Shown one piece after another: positions 13,001 through 25,000 of a DNA stretch of 64,000 bases. Source of the stretch: Mobula hypostoma (taxonomy: Eukaryota); NCBI RefSeq assembly GCF_963921235.1, contig NC_086097.1:63552001-63616000 (forward strand), in the 5' to 3' direction. The position numbers were made by a program, and so were the translations under genes. The notes below the pieces were generated by a model. That model saw only the letters and a program-made list of their open reading frames with translations. It was not told the origin of the DNA and ran no database searches. Numbering within the stretch: the first letter of the stretch is position 1; each line of letters begins with the position of its first letter.

Positions 13001-16000
13001 CCCCTCTCCCCCTCCCCCTCTCCCCCTCTCTCCCTCTCCCCCTCTCCCCTCTCCCCCTCCCCCTCTCCCCCTCTCTCCCTCTCCCCCTCCCCCTCTCTCC
13101 CCCTCCCCCTCTCCCCCTCTCCCCCTCTCCCCCTCTCCCCTCTCCCCCTCCCCCTCTCCCCCTCTCTCCCTCTCCCCCTCTCCCTCTCCCCTCTCCCCCT
13201 CTCTCCCTCTCCCCCTCTCCCCCTCTCCCTCTCTCCCTCTCCCCCCCTCCCCCTCTCCCCCTCTCTCCCTCTCCCCCTCCCCCTCTCCCCCTCTCCCTCT
13301 CCCCCTCTCCCCTCTCCCCCTCCCCCTCTCCCCCTCTCTCCCTCTCCCCCTCTCCCTCTCCCCTCTCTCCCTCTCTCCCTCTCCCCCTCTCCCCCTCTCC
13401 CTCTCTCCCTCTCCCCCTCTCTCCCTCTCCCCCTCTCTCCCCCTCCCCCTCTCCCCCTCTCCCCCTCTCCCCCTCTCCCCCTCTCCCCCTCTCCCCCTCT
13501 CTCCCTCTCCCCCTCTCCCCTCTCCCCCTCTCTCCCTCTCCCCCTCTGCCCCTCTCCCCCTCTCTCCCTCTCTCCCTCTCCCCCTCTCCCCCTCTCCCCC
13601 TCTCCCCCTCTCCCCCTCTGCCCCTCTCCCCTCTCTCCCTCTCTCCCTCTCCCCCTCTCCCCCTCTCCCCCTCTCCCCCTCTCTCCCTCTCCCCCTCTCC
13701 CCCTCTCTCCCTCTCCCCCTCTCCCCCTCTCTCCCTCTCCCTCTCCCCCTCTCCCCCTCTCTCCCTCTCCCCCCTCTCCCCCTCTCCCCCTCTCTCCCTC
13801 TCCCCTCTCCCCTCTCCCCCCTCTCCCCCTCTCCCCCTCTCCCCTCTCCCCTCTCCCCCTCTCTCCCTCTCCCCTCTCCCCCTCTCTCCCTCTCCCCCTC
13901 TCCCTCTCCCCTCTCCCCCTCTCTCCCTCTCCCCTCTCCCCCTCTCTCCCTCTCCCCCTCTCCCTCTCCCTCTCTCCCCCTCTCTCCCTCTCCCCCTCTC
14001 CCCCTCTCCCTCTCTCCCTCTCCCCCTCTCTCCCTCTCCCCCTCTCTCCCTCTCCCCCTCTCCCCCCTCTCTCCCTCTCCCCCTCTCTCCCTCTCCCCTC
14101 TCTCCCTCTCCCCCTCTCCCCCTCTCCCCCTCTCCCTCTCCCCCCCTCTCTCCCTCTCCCCCTCTCTCCCTCTCCCCCTCTCCCCCTCTCCCCCTCTCCC
14201 CCTCTCCCCCTCTCCCCCTCTCCCCCTCTCCCCCTCTCCCCTCTCCCCCTCTCTCCCTCTCCCCCTCTCCCCCTCTCTCCCTCTCCCCTCTCCCCCTCTC
14301 CCCCTCTCCCCCTCTCCCCCTCTCCCCCTCTCTCCCTCTCCCCCTCTCCCCTCTCCCCCTCTCCCCCTCTCCCCCTCTCCCCCTCTCCCCCTCTCTCCCT
14401 CTCCCCCTCTCCCCCTCTCTCCCCTCTCCCCCTCTCCCCCTCTCTCCCTCTCCCCTCTCCCCTCTCCCCCTCTCCCCCTCTCCCCCTCTCCCCCTCTCCC
14501 CTCTCCCCTCTCCCCCTCTCCCCCTCTCCCCCTCTCCCCCTCTCCCCCTCTCCCCCTCTCTCCCTCTCTCCCTCTCCCCCTCTCCCCCTCTCCCCCTCTC
14601 CCCCTCTCCCCTCTCCCCCCTCTCCCCCTCTCCCCCTCTCCCCCTCTCCCCCTCTCCCCCTCTCCCCTCTCCCCCTCTCTCCCTCTCTCCCTCTCTCCCT
14701 CTCCCCCTCTCTCCCTCTCCCTCTCCCCCTCTCCCCCTCTCCCCCTCTCCCCCTCTCCCCCTCTCCCCTCTCCCCCCTCTCCCCCCTCTCCCCTCTCCCC
14801 CTCTCTCCCTCTCTCCCTCTCCCCCTCTCCCCCTCTCTCCCTCTCTCCCTCTCTCCCTCTCCCCCTCTCTCCCTCTCCCTCTCCCCCTCTCCCCCTCTCC
14901 CCCTCTCTCCCTCTCCCCCTCTCCCTCTCTCCCCCTCTCCCCCTCTCCCCTCTCCCCCTCTCTCCCTCTCCCCCTCTCCCCCTCTCCCCCTCTCCCCCCT
15001 CTCCCTCTCCCCCTCTCCCCCTCTCCCCTCTCTCTCTCCCTCTCCCCCTCTCCCCCTCTCTCTCCCTCTCTCCCTCTCTCTCTCTCCCCCTCTCCCCCTC
15101 TCCCCTCTCCCCCTCTCCCCCTCTCCCCCCTCTCCCCCCTCTCCCCTCTCCCCCTCTCTCCCTCTCCCCCTCTCCCCCTCTCTCCCTCTCCCCCTCTCCC
15201 CCTCTCTCCCCTCTCCCCCTCTCCCCCTCTCTCCCCTCTCCCCTCTCTCTCCCTCTCTCCCTCTCTCCCTCTCTCCCTCTCCCCCTCTCCCCCTCTCCCC
15301 CTCTCCCCCTCTCCCCCTCTCCCCCTCTCCCCCTCTCTCCCTCTCCCCTCTCCCCCCTCTCCCTCTCCCCCTCTCCCCCTCTCTCCCTCTCCCCCTCTCC
15401 CCTCTCCCCCTCTCTCCCTCTCCCCCTCTCCCCCTCTCTCCCTCTCCCCCTCTCCCCTCTCCCCCTCTCTCCCTCTCCCCCTCTCCCCCTCTCTCCCTCT
15501 CCCTCTCCCCCTCTCCCCCTCTCCCCCTCTCTCCCTCTCCCTCTCCCCCTCTCCCCCTCTCTCCCTCTCCCCCTCTCCCCCTCTCCCCCTCTCCCCCTCT
15601 CCCCCTCTCCCCCCTCCCCTCTCCCCTCTCCCCTCTCCCCCTCTCCCCCTCTCCCCCTCTCCCCTCTCTCCCTCTCCCCCTCTCCCCCTCTCCCCCTCTC
15701 CCCCTCTCCCCCTCTCCCCCTCTCTCCCTCTCCCCCTCTCCCCCTCTCTCCCTCTCCCCCTCTCCCCCTCTCCCCCTCTCTCCCTCTCCCCCTCTCCCCC
15801 TCTCTCCCTCTCCCCCTCTCCCCCTCTCCCCCTCCCCCTCTCCCCCTCTCCCCCTCTCCCCCTCTCTCCCTCTCCCCTCTACCCCTCTCCCCCTCTCCCC
15901 CTCTCCCCCTCTCCCCCTCTCCCCCTCTCCCCCTCTCCCCTCTCCCCCTCTCCCCCTCTCCCCCTCTCCCCCTCTCCCCCTCTCTCCCTCTCTCCCTCTC

Positions 16001-19000
16001 CCTCTCCCCCTCTCCCTCTCCCCCTCTCCCCCTCTCTCCCTCTCCCCCTCTCCCTCTCCCCCTCTCCCCCTCTCCCCCTCTCCCTCTCCCCCTCTCCCCC
16101 TCTCCCCCTCTCCCCCTCTCCCCCTCTCTCCCCTCTCCCTCTCCCCCTCTCCCTCTCCCCCTCTCCCCCTCTCCCCCTCTCTCCCTCTCCCCCTCTCCCT
16201 CTCCCCCTCTCTCCCCTCTCCCTCTCCCCCTCTCCCCCTCCCCCTCTCCCCCTCTCCCTCTCCCCCTCTCCCTCTCCCCCTCTCCCCCTCTCTCCCTCTC
16301 CCCCTCTCCCCCTCCCCCTCTCCCCCTCTCCCCCTCTCCCCCTCTCCCTCTCCCCCTCTCCCCCTCTCCCCCTCTCCCCCTCTCCCTCTCCCCCTCTCCC
16401 CCTCTCTCCCTCTCCCCCTCTCCCCCTCTCCCTCTCCCCCTCTCTCCCTCTCTCCCTCTCCCCCTCTCCCTCTCCCCTCTCCCCCTCTCTCCCTCTCCCC
16501 CTCTCCCTCTCCCCCTCTCCCCCTCTCTCCCTCTCCCCCTCTCCCCTCTCCCCCTCTCCCCCTCTCCCCCTCTCCTCCTCTCCCCTCTCCCCCTCTCCCC
16601 CTCTCCCCCTCTCCCCCTCCCCCTCTCCCCCTCTCCCCCTCTCCCCCTCTCCCCCTCTCCCCCTCTCCCCCTCTCCCCCTCTCTCCCTCTCCCCTCTCCC
16701 CCTCTCCCCCTCTCCCCCTCTCCCCCTCTCCCCCTCTCCCTCTCCCCCTCTCCCCCTCTCTCCCTCTCCCCCTCTCCCTCTCCCCTCTCCCCCCTCTCCC
16801 CTCTCCCCCTCTCTCCCTCTCCCCTCTCCCCTCTCCCCCCTCTCTCCCTCTCTCCCTCTCCCCTCTCCCCCTCTCCCCCTCTCTCCCTCTCCCCCTCTCC
16901 CCCTCTCTCCCTCTCCCCCTCTCCCCCTCTCCCCCTCTCCCCCTCTCCCCCTCTCCCCCTCTCTCCCTCTCCCCCCTCCCCCTCTCCCCCTCCCCCTTCC
17001 CCTACCCCTCTTTGCCTCCTCCCCCCTCCCTCCTCACCCCTCTCCTCCCCCCTCTCCCCCTCTCTCCCTCTCCCCCTCTCTCCCTCTCTCCCTCTCTCCC
17101 TCTCTCCCTCTCCCCCTCTCCCCCTCTCCCCCTCTCTCCCTCTCTCCCTCTCTCCCTCTCTCCCTCTCTCCCCTCTCCCCCTCTCCCCCTCTCCCCTCTC
17201 CCCCCTCTCCCCCTCTCCCCCTCTCCCCCTCTCCCCCTCTCCCCCTCTCCCCCTCTCCCCTCTCCCCCTCTCCCCCTCTCCCCCTCTCTCCCTCTCTCCC
17301 TCTCCCCCTCTCCCCCTCTCCCCCTCTCCCCCTCTCCCCCTCTCCCCTCTCCCCCCTCTCCCCCTCTCCCCCTCTCCCCTCTCCCCCTCTCCCCCTCTCC
17401 CCTCTCCCCCTCTCTCCCTCTCCCCCTCTCTCCCTCTCCCCCTCTCCCCTCTCTCCCTCTCCCCCTCTCCCCCTCTCCCCCTCTCCCCTCTCCCCCTCTC
17501 CCCCTCTCCCCTCTCCCCCTCTCTCCCTCTCTCCCTCTCCCCCTCTCCCCCTCTCCCCCTCTCCCCTCTCTCCCCCTCTCCCCCTCTCCCCTCTCCCCCT
17601 CTCTCCCTCTCTCCCTCTCCCCCTCTCTCCCCCTCTCCCTCTCTCCCTCTCCCCCTCTCTCCCCTCCCCCTCTCCCCTCTCCCCCCTCTCCCCTCTCCCC
17701 TCTCCCCTCTCTCCCCCTCTCCCCTCTCCCCCTCTCTCCCTCTCCCCCTCTCCCCTCTCTCCCTCTCCCCTCTCCTCCCCTCTCCCCTCTCCCCTCTCCC
17801 CCTCTCCCCCTCTCCCCTCTCCCCTCTCTCCCTCTCCCCCTCTCCCCTCTCCCCCTCTCCCCCCTCTCTCCCCCTCTCCCCTCTCCCCCTCTCCCCTCTC
17901 CCCCTCCCCCTCTCCCCCTCTCCCCCTCTCTCCCTCTCCCCTCTCCCTCTCCCCTCTCCCCCTCTCCCCCTCTCCCCCTCTCCCCCTCTCCCCCTCCCCC
18001 TCTCTCCCTCTCCCCCTCTCCCCCTCTCTCCCTCTCCCTCTCTCCCCTCTCCCCTCTCTCTCCCTCTCCCCCTCTCCCCCTCTCTCCCTCTCCCCCTCTC
18101 CCCCTCTCTCCCTCTCCCTCTCCCCCTCTCTCCCCCTCTCCCCCTCTCCCCTCTCTCTCCCTCTCTCCCTCTCCCCCTCTCCCCCTCTCCCCCTCTCCCC
18201 CCCTCTCTCCCTCTCTCCCCTCTCTCCCCCTCTCTCCCCTCTCCCCCTCTCCCCTCTCCCCCTCTCCCCTCTCCCCCTCTCCCCCTCTCCCCCTCTCCCC
18301 CTCTCCCCCTCTCTCCCCCTCTCTCCCTCTCCCCCTCTCCCCCTCTCCCCCCTCCCCTCTCCCCCTCTCCCCTCTCCCCCTCTCCCCTCTCTCCCCTCTC
18401 CCCCTCTCCCCTCTCCCCCTCTCCCCTCTCCCCCTCTCCCCTCTCCCCCTCTCCCCCTCTCTCCCCTCTCCCCCTCTCCCCCTCTCTCCCTCTCTCCCCC
18501 TCTCCCCTCTCCCCCTCTCCCCTCTCCCCCTCTCCCCCTCTCCCCTCTCCCCCTCTCCCCTCTCCCCCTCTCCCCTCTCCCCCTCTCCCCCTCTCCCCCT
18601 CTCCCCCTCTCCCTCTCTCCCCCTCTCCCCCTCTCTCCCTCTCTCCCTCTCTCCCCCTCTCCCCCTCTCCCCCTCTCCCTCTCTCCCCCTCTCCCCCTCT
18701 CCCCCTCTCCCCCTCTCCCCCTCTCCCCCTCTCTCCCTCTCCCCCTCTCCCCCTCTCTCCCTCTCCCCCTCTCCCTCTCCCCCTCTCTCCCTCTCCCCCT
18801 CTCCCCCTCTCCCCCTCTCTCCCTCTCTCCCCCTCTCCCCCTCTCCCCCTCTCCCCCTCTCCCCCTCTCCCTCTCCCCCTCTCTCCCTCTCCCCCTCTCC
18901 CCCTCTCCCCCTCTCTCCCTCTCCCCCTCTCTCCCTCTCCCCCTCTCCCCCTCTCTCCCTCTCTCCCTCCCCCTCTCCCCCTCTCCCCCTCTCCCCCCTC

Positions 19001-22000
19001 CCCCTCTCCCCCTCTCTCCCTCTCTCCCCTCTCCCCCTCTCCCCCCTCCCCCTCTCCCCCTCTCTCCCTCTCCCCCTCTCCCCCTCTCTCCCTCTCTCCC
19101 TCCCCCTCTCCCCCTCTCCCCCTCTCCCCCCTCCCCCTCTCCCCCTCTCTCCCTCTCCCCCTCTCCCCCTCTCTCCCTCTCCCCTCTCCCCCTCTCTCCC
19201 TCTCCCCCTCTCTCCCTCTCTCCCCCTCTCCCCCTCTCCCCCTCTCCCCTCTCCCCCCTCTCCCCCTCTCTCCCTCTCCCCCTCTCTCCCTCTCCCTCTC
19301 CCCCTCTCCCCCTCTCCCCCTCTCCCCCTCTCCCTCTCCCCTCTCCCCCCTCTCCCCCTCTCCCCCTCTCTCCCTCTCCCCTCTCCCCTCTCCCCCCTCT
19401 CCCCCTCTCCCCCTCTCCCCCTCTCTCCCTCCCCCTCTCCCCCTCTCCCCCTCTCTCCCTCTCCCCCTCTCCCCCTCTCCCCCTCTCCCCCTCTCTCCCT
19501 CTCCCCCTCTCCCCCTCTCCCCCTCTCCCCCTCTCCCCTCTCCCCCTCTCCCCCTCTCCCCCTCTCCCCCTCTCCCCCTCTCTCCCCTCTCCCCCTCTCC
19601 CCCTCTCCCCCTCTCTCCCTCTCCCCCTCTCCCCCTCCCCCTCTCTCCCTCTCCCCCTCTCCCCCTCTCCCCCCTCTCTCCCTCTCCCCCTCTCTCCCTC
19701 TCCCCCCTCTCTCCCTCTCCCCCTCTCCCCCTCTCCCCCTCTCCCCCTCTCCCTCTCCCCCTCTCCCTATCTCTCTCCCCTCTCTCCCCCTCTCCCCCTC
19801 TCTCCCTCTCCCCCTCTCTCCCTCTCCCCCTCTCCCCCTCTCCCTCTCCCCCTCTCTCCCTCTCCCCCTCTCCCCCTCTCCCCCTCTCTCCCTCTCCCCC
19901 TCTCCCCCTCTCTCCCTCTCTCCCTCCCCCTCTCCCCCTCTCCCCCTCTCCCCCCTCCCCCTCTCCCCCTCTCCCCCTCTCCCCCTCTCCCCCTCTCTCC
20001 CCTCTCCCCCTCTCCCCCTCTCCCCCTCTCTCCCTCTCCCCCTCTCCCTCTCCCCCTCTCTCCCCTCTCCCCCTCTCCCCCCTCCCCCTCTCCCCCTCTC
20101 TCCCTCTCCCCCTCTCCCCCTCTCTCCCTCTCTCCCTCCCCCTCTCCCCCTCTCCCCCTCTCCCCCCTCCCCCTCTCCCCCTCTCTCCCTCTCCCCCTCT
20201 CCCCCTCTCTCCCTCTCCCCTCTCCCCCTCTCTCCCTCTCCCCCTCTCTCCCTCTCCCCCTCTCCCCCTCTCTCCCCCTCTCCCCCTCTCCCCCTCTCCC
20301 CCCTCCCCCCTCTCCCCCTCTCTCCCTCTCCCCCTCTCTCCCTCTCCCTCTCCCCCTCTCCCCCTCTCTCCCTCTCCCCCTCTCCCTCTCCCCTCTCCCC
20401 CCTCTCCCCCTCTCCCCCTCTCTCCCTCTCCCCTCTCCCCTCTCCCCCCTCTCCCCCTCTACCCCTCTCCCCCTCTCTCCCTCCCCCTCTCCCCCTCTCC
20501 CCCTCTCTCCCTCTCCCCCTCTCCCCCTCTCCCCCTCTCCCCCTCTCTCCCTCTCCCCCTCTCCCCCTCTCCCCCTCTCCCCCTCTCCCCTCTCCCCCTC
20601 TCCCCCTCTCCCCCTCTCCCCCTCTCCCCCTCTCTCCCCTCTCCCCCTCTCCCCCTCTCCCCCTCTCCCCCTCTCTCCCCTCTCCCCCTCTCTCCCTCTC
20701 TCCCTCTCCCCCTCTCCCCCTCTCCCCCTCTCCCCCTCTCCCCCTCTCCCCCTCTCCCCCTCCCCCTCCCCCTCTCCCCCTCTCCCCCTCTCCCCCTCCC
20801 CCTCTCCCCCTCTCCCCCTCTCCCCCTCTCCCCCTCTCCCCCTCTCCCCCTCTCCCCTCTCCCCCTCTCCCCTCTCCCCCTCTCCCCCTCTCCCCCTCTC
20901 CCCTCTCTCCCCTCTCCCCCTCTCCCCCCTCCCCCTCTCCCCCTCTCCCCCTCTCCCCCTCTCCCCCTCTCCCCCTCTCTCCCCTCTCTCCCTCTCCCCC
21001 TCTCCCCCTCTCCCCTCTCCCCCTCTCCCCCTCTCCCCCTCTCCCCCTCTCTCTCCCTCTCCCCCTCTCCCCCTCTCCCCCTCCCCCTCTCCCCCTCTCC
21101 CCTCTCCCCCTCTCCCCCTCTCCCCCTCTCCCCCTCTCCCCCTCTCCCCCTCTCCCCCTCTCCCCTCTCCCCCTCTCCCCTCTCCCCCTCTCCCCCTCTC
21201 CCCCTCTCCCCTCTCTCCCCTCTCCCCCTCTCCCCCTCTCCCCCTCTCCCCCTCTCCCCCTCTCCCCCTCTCCCCCTCTCCCCTCTCTCCCTCTCTCTCC
21301 CTCTCCCCCTCTCCCCCTCTCCCCCTCCCCCTCCCCCTCTCCCCCTCTCCCTCTCCCCTCTCTCCCTCTCCCCCTCTCCCCCTCTCCCCCTCTCCCCCTC
21401 TCCCCCTCTCCCCCTCTCCCCTCTCTCCCCTCTCCCCCTCTCTCCCTCTCCCCCTCTCCCCCTCTCCCCCTCTCCCCCTCTCCCCCTCTCCCCCTCTCCC
21501 CCTCTCTCCCTCTCTCTCCCTCTCCCCCTCTCCCCCTCTCCCCTCTCCCCCCTCTCCCCCTCTCCCCCTCTCCCCCTCTCTCTCCCTCTCCCCCTCTCCC
21601 CCTCTCCCCCTCTCCCCCTCCCCCTCTCTCCCTCTCTCCCTCTCCCCCTCTCCCCCTCTCCCCCTCTCCCCCTCTCCCCCTCTCTCTCCCTCTCCCCCTC
21701 TCCCCCTCTCCCCCTCTCCCTCTCCCCCTCTCCCCCTCTCTCCCTCTCCCCCTCTCCCCCTCTCCCCCTCTCCCCCTCTCCCCCTCTCCCCCTCTCTCCC
21801 TCTCCCCCTCTCCCCCTCTCCCCCTCTCCCCCTCTCCCCCTCTCCCCCTCTCCCCCTCTCTCCCTCTCTCCCTCTCCCCCTCCCCCTCTCCCCTCTCCCC
21901 CTCTCCCCCTCTCTCCCTCCCTCTCCCCCTCTCTCCCTCCCCCTCTCCCCCTCTCTCCCTCCCCCTCTCCCCCTCTCCCTCCTTTCCCCCTCTCCCCCTC

Positions 22001-25000
22001 TCCCTCCTTTCCCCTCTCCCTCCCCCTCCCTTCTCCCCCTCTCCCCTCTCCCCTCTCCCCTCTCCCCTCTCCCCTCTCCCCTCTCCCCTCTCCCCCTCTC
22101 CCCCTCTCCCCCTCTCCCCTCTCCCCCTCTCCCCTCTCCCCCTCTCCCCCTCTCCCCCTCTCCCCTCTCCCCTCTCTCCCTCCCCCTCTCTCCCTCCCCC
22201 TCTCTCCCTCCCCCTCTCCCCCTCTCCCCCTCTCCCCCTCTCCCCCTCCCCTCTCCCCTCTCCCCCTCCCCTCTCCCCTCTCCCCTCTCCCCTCTCCCCC
22301 TCTCTCCTCTCCCCTCTCCCCCTCTCCCCCTCTCCCCTCTCCCCTCTCCCCTCTCCCCCTCCCCTCTCCCCCTCTCCCCTCTCCCCTCTCCCCTCTCCCC
22401 CTCTCCCCTCTCCCCCTCTCCCCTCTCCCCTCTCCCCCTCTCCCCCTCTCCCCCTCTCCCCTCTCCCCCTCTCCCCCTCTCCCCTCTCCCCTCTCCCCCT
22501 CTCCCCCTCTCCCCTCTCCCCCTCTCCCCTCTCCCCTCTCCCCCTCTCCCCTCTCCCCTCTCCCCTCTCCCCTCTCCCCTCTCCCCTCTCCCCCTCTCTC
22601 CTCTCCCCCTCTCCCCCTCCCCCTCTCCCTCTCCCCCTCTCCCCCTCTCCCCCTCTCCCCCTCTCCCCCTCTCCCCCTCTCCCCCTCTCCCCCTCTCCCC
22701 CTCTCCCCTCTCCCCCTCTCTCCTCTCCCCCCTCTCCCCTCCTCTCCCCCTCTCCCCCTCTCCCCCTCTCCCCCTCTCCCCCTCTCCCCTCCTCTCCCCT
22801 CTCCCCCTCTCTCCCCCCTCCCCCCTCCCCCTCTCCCCCTCTCCCCCCTCCCCCCTCTCTCCTCTCTCCCCCCCTCCCCCTCTCTCCCCCTCTCTCCCCC
22901 TCTCTCCCCCTCTCTCCCCCCTCCCCCCTCTCTCTCCCCCTCCCCCCTCTCTCCCCCTCTCTCCCCCTCCCCCCTCCCCCTCTCTCCCCCTCTCTCCCCC
23001 CTCCCCCCTCTCTCCCCTCTCTCCCCCTCTCTCCCCCTCCCCTCTCTCTCCCCCTCTCTCCCCCCTCCCCCTCTCTCCCCCTCCCCCTCTCTCCCCCCTC
23101 CCCTCTCTCCCCCTCCCCCTCTCTCCCCCTCTCTCCCCCCTCCCCCCTCCCCCCTCCCCCCTCTCTCCCCCTCTCTCCCCCTCTCTCCCCCTCCCCCCTC
23201 TCTCCCCCTCTCTCCCCCTCTCTCCCCCTCTCTCCCCCTCCCCCTCTCTCCCCCTCTCTCCCCCTCTCTCCCCCCTCCCCCCTCTCTCCCCCTCGCTCCC
23301 CCTCTCCCCCTCTCTCCCCTCCCCCTCCCCCTCTCCCCCTCTCCCCCTCCCCCCTCTCCCCTCTCCCCCCTCTCTCCCCTCTCCCCCTCTCCCCTCTCCC
23401 CCTCTCCCCTCTCTCCCCTCTCCCCCTCTCCCTCCCTCTCCCCCATGTCTCCCTCCCCTACCCCCATCTCTCCCCCCTCCCCCCTCCCCCCTCCCCCCTC
23501 CCCCTCTCTCCCCCTCTCTCCCCCCTCTCCCTCTCTCCCCCTCTCTCCCCTCCCCCCTCTCTCCCCCTCCCCTCTCTCCCCCCTCCCCCTCTCTCCCCCT
23601 CTCTCCCCCTCCCCCTCTCTCCCCCCTCCCCCTCTCTCCCCCTCTCTCCCCCTCTCTCCCCCTCTCTCCCCCCTCTCTCCCCTCTCCCCCTCGCTCCCCT
23701 CTCTCCCCCCTCTCTCCCCCTCTCTCCCCCTCTCTCCCCCTCTCTCCCTCCTCCTCCCCCTCCCCCTCCCCCTCCCCTCCCCTCCCCTCCCCCTCTCCCT
23801 CTCCCCCTCTCCCCTCTCCCCCCTCTCCCCCTCTCCCTCCCTCTCCCTCCCTCTCCCCCATCTCTCCCTCCCCTACCCCCCTCTCTCCCCCCTCCCCCCC
23901 TCTCTCCCTCTCTCTCCCCCCCTCCCCCCCTCTCCCCCCTCTCCCCCTCTCTCCCCCCTCCCCCCTCTCTCCCCCCTCCCCCTCTCTCCCCCTCTCTCCC
24001 CCTCTCCCCCTCTCCCCCCTCTCCCCCTCTCTCCCTCCCCCTCTCCCCTCTCTCCCTCCCCCTCTCCCCCTCTCCCTCTCTCCCTCCTTTCCCCCTCTCC
24101 CCCTCTCCCTCCTTTCCCCCTCTCCCTCCCCCTCCCTTCTCCCCCTCTCCCCTCTCCCCTCTCCCCTCTCCCCTCTCCCCTCTCCCCTCTCCCCTCTCCC
24201 CTCTCCCCCTCTCCCCCTCTCCCCCTCTCCCCTCTCCCCCTCTCCCCTCTCCCCCTCTCCCCCTCTCCCCCTCTCCCCTCTCCCCCTCTCTCCCTCCCCC
24301 TCTCTCCCTCCCCCTCTCTCCCTCCCCCTCTCCCCCTCTCCCCCTCTCCCCCTCTCCCCTCTCCCCCTCCCCTCTCCCCTCTCCCCCTCCCCTCTCCCCT
24401 CTCCCCTCTCCCCTCTCCCCCTCTCTCCTCTCCCCTCTCCCCCTCTCCCCCTCTCCCCTCTCCCCTCTCCCCTCTCCCCCCTCCCCTCTCCCCCTCTCCC
24501 CTCTCCCCCCTCTCCCCTCTCCCCCCTCTCCCCTCTCCCCCTCTCCCCTCTCCCCTCTCCCCCTCTCCCCCTCTCCCCCTCTCCCCTCTCCCCCTCTCCC
24601 CCTCTCCCCTCTCCCCTCTCCCCCTCTCCCCCTCTCCCCTCTCCCCCTCTCCCCTCTCCCCTCTCCCCCTCTCCCCTCTCCCCTCTCCCCTCTCCCCTCT
24701 CCCCTCTCCCCTCTCCCCCTCTCTCCTCTCCCCCTCTCCCCCTCCCCTCTCCCTCTCCCCCTCTCCCCCTCTCCCCCTCTCCCCCTCTCCCCCTCTCCCC
24801 CTCTCCCCCTCTCCCCCTCTCCCCCTCTCCCCTCTCCCCCTCTCTCCTCTCCCCCCTCTCCCCTCCTCTCCCCCTCTCCCCCTCTCCCCCTCTCCCCCTC
24901 TCCCCCTCTCCCCTCCTCTCCCCTCTCCCCCTCTCTCCCCCCTCCCCCCTCCCCCCTCTCCCCTCTCCCCCCTCCCCCCTCTCTCCTCTCTCCCCCCCTC

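Noticed and set aside
4570..17055. CRISPR-like array from the recurring landmark motif
   Set aside because: Spacing is irregular and kb-scale, the intervening sequence is low-complexity, the context is eukaryotic and there are no cas genes.
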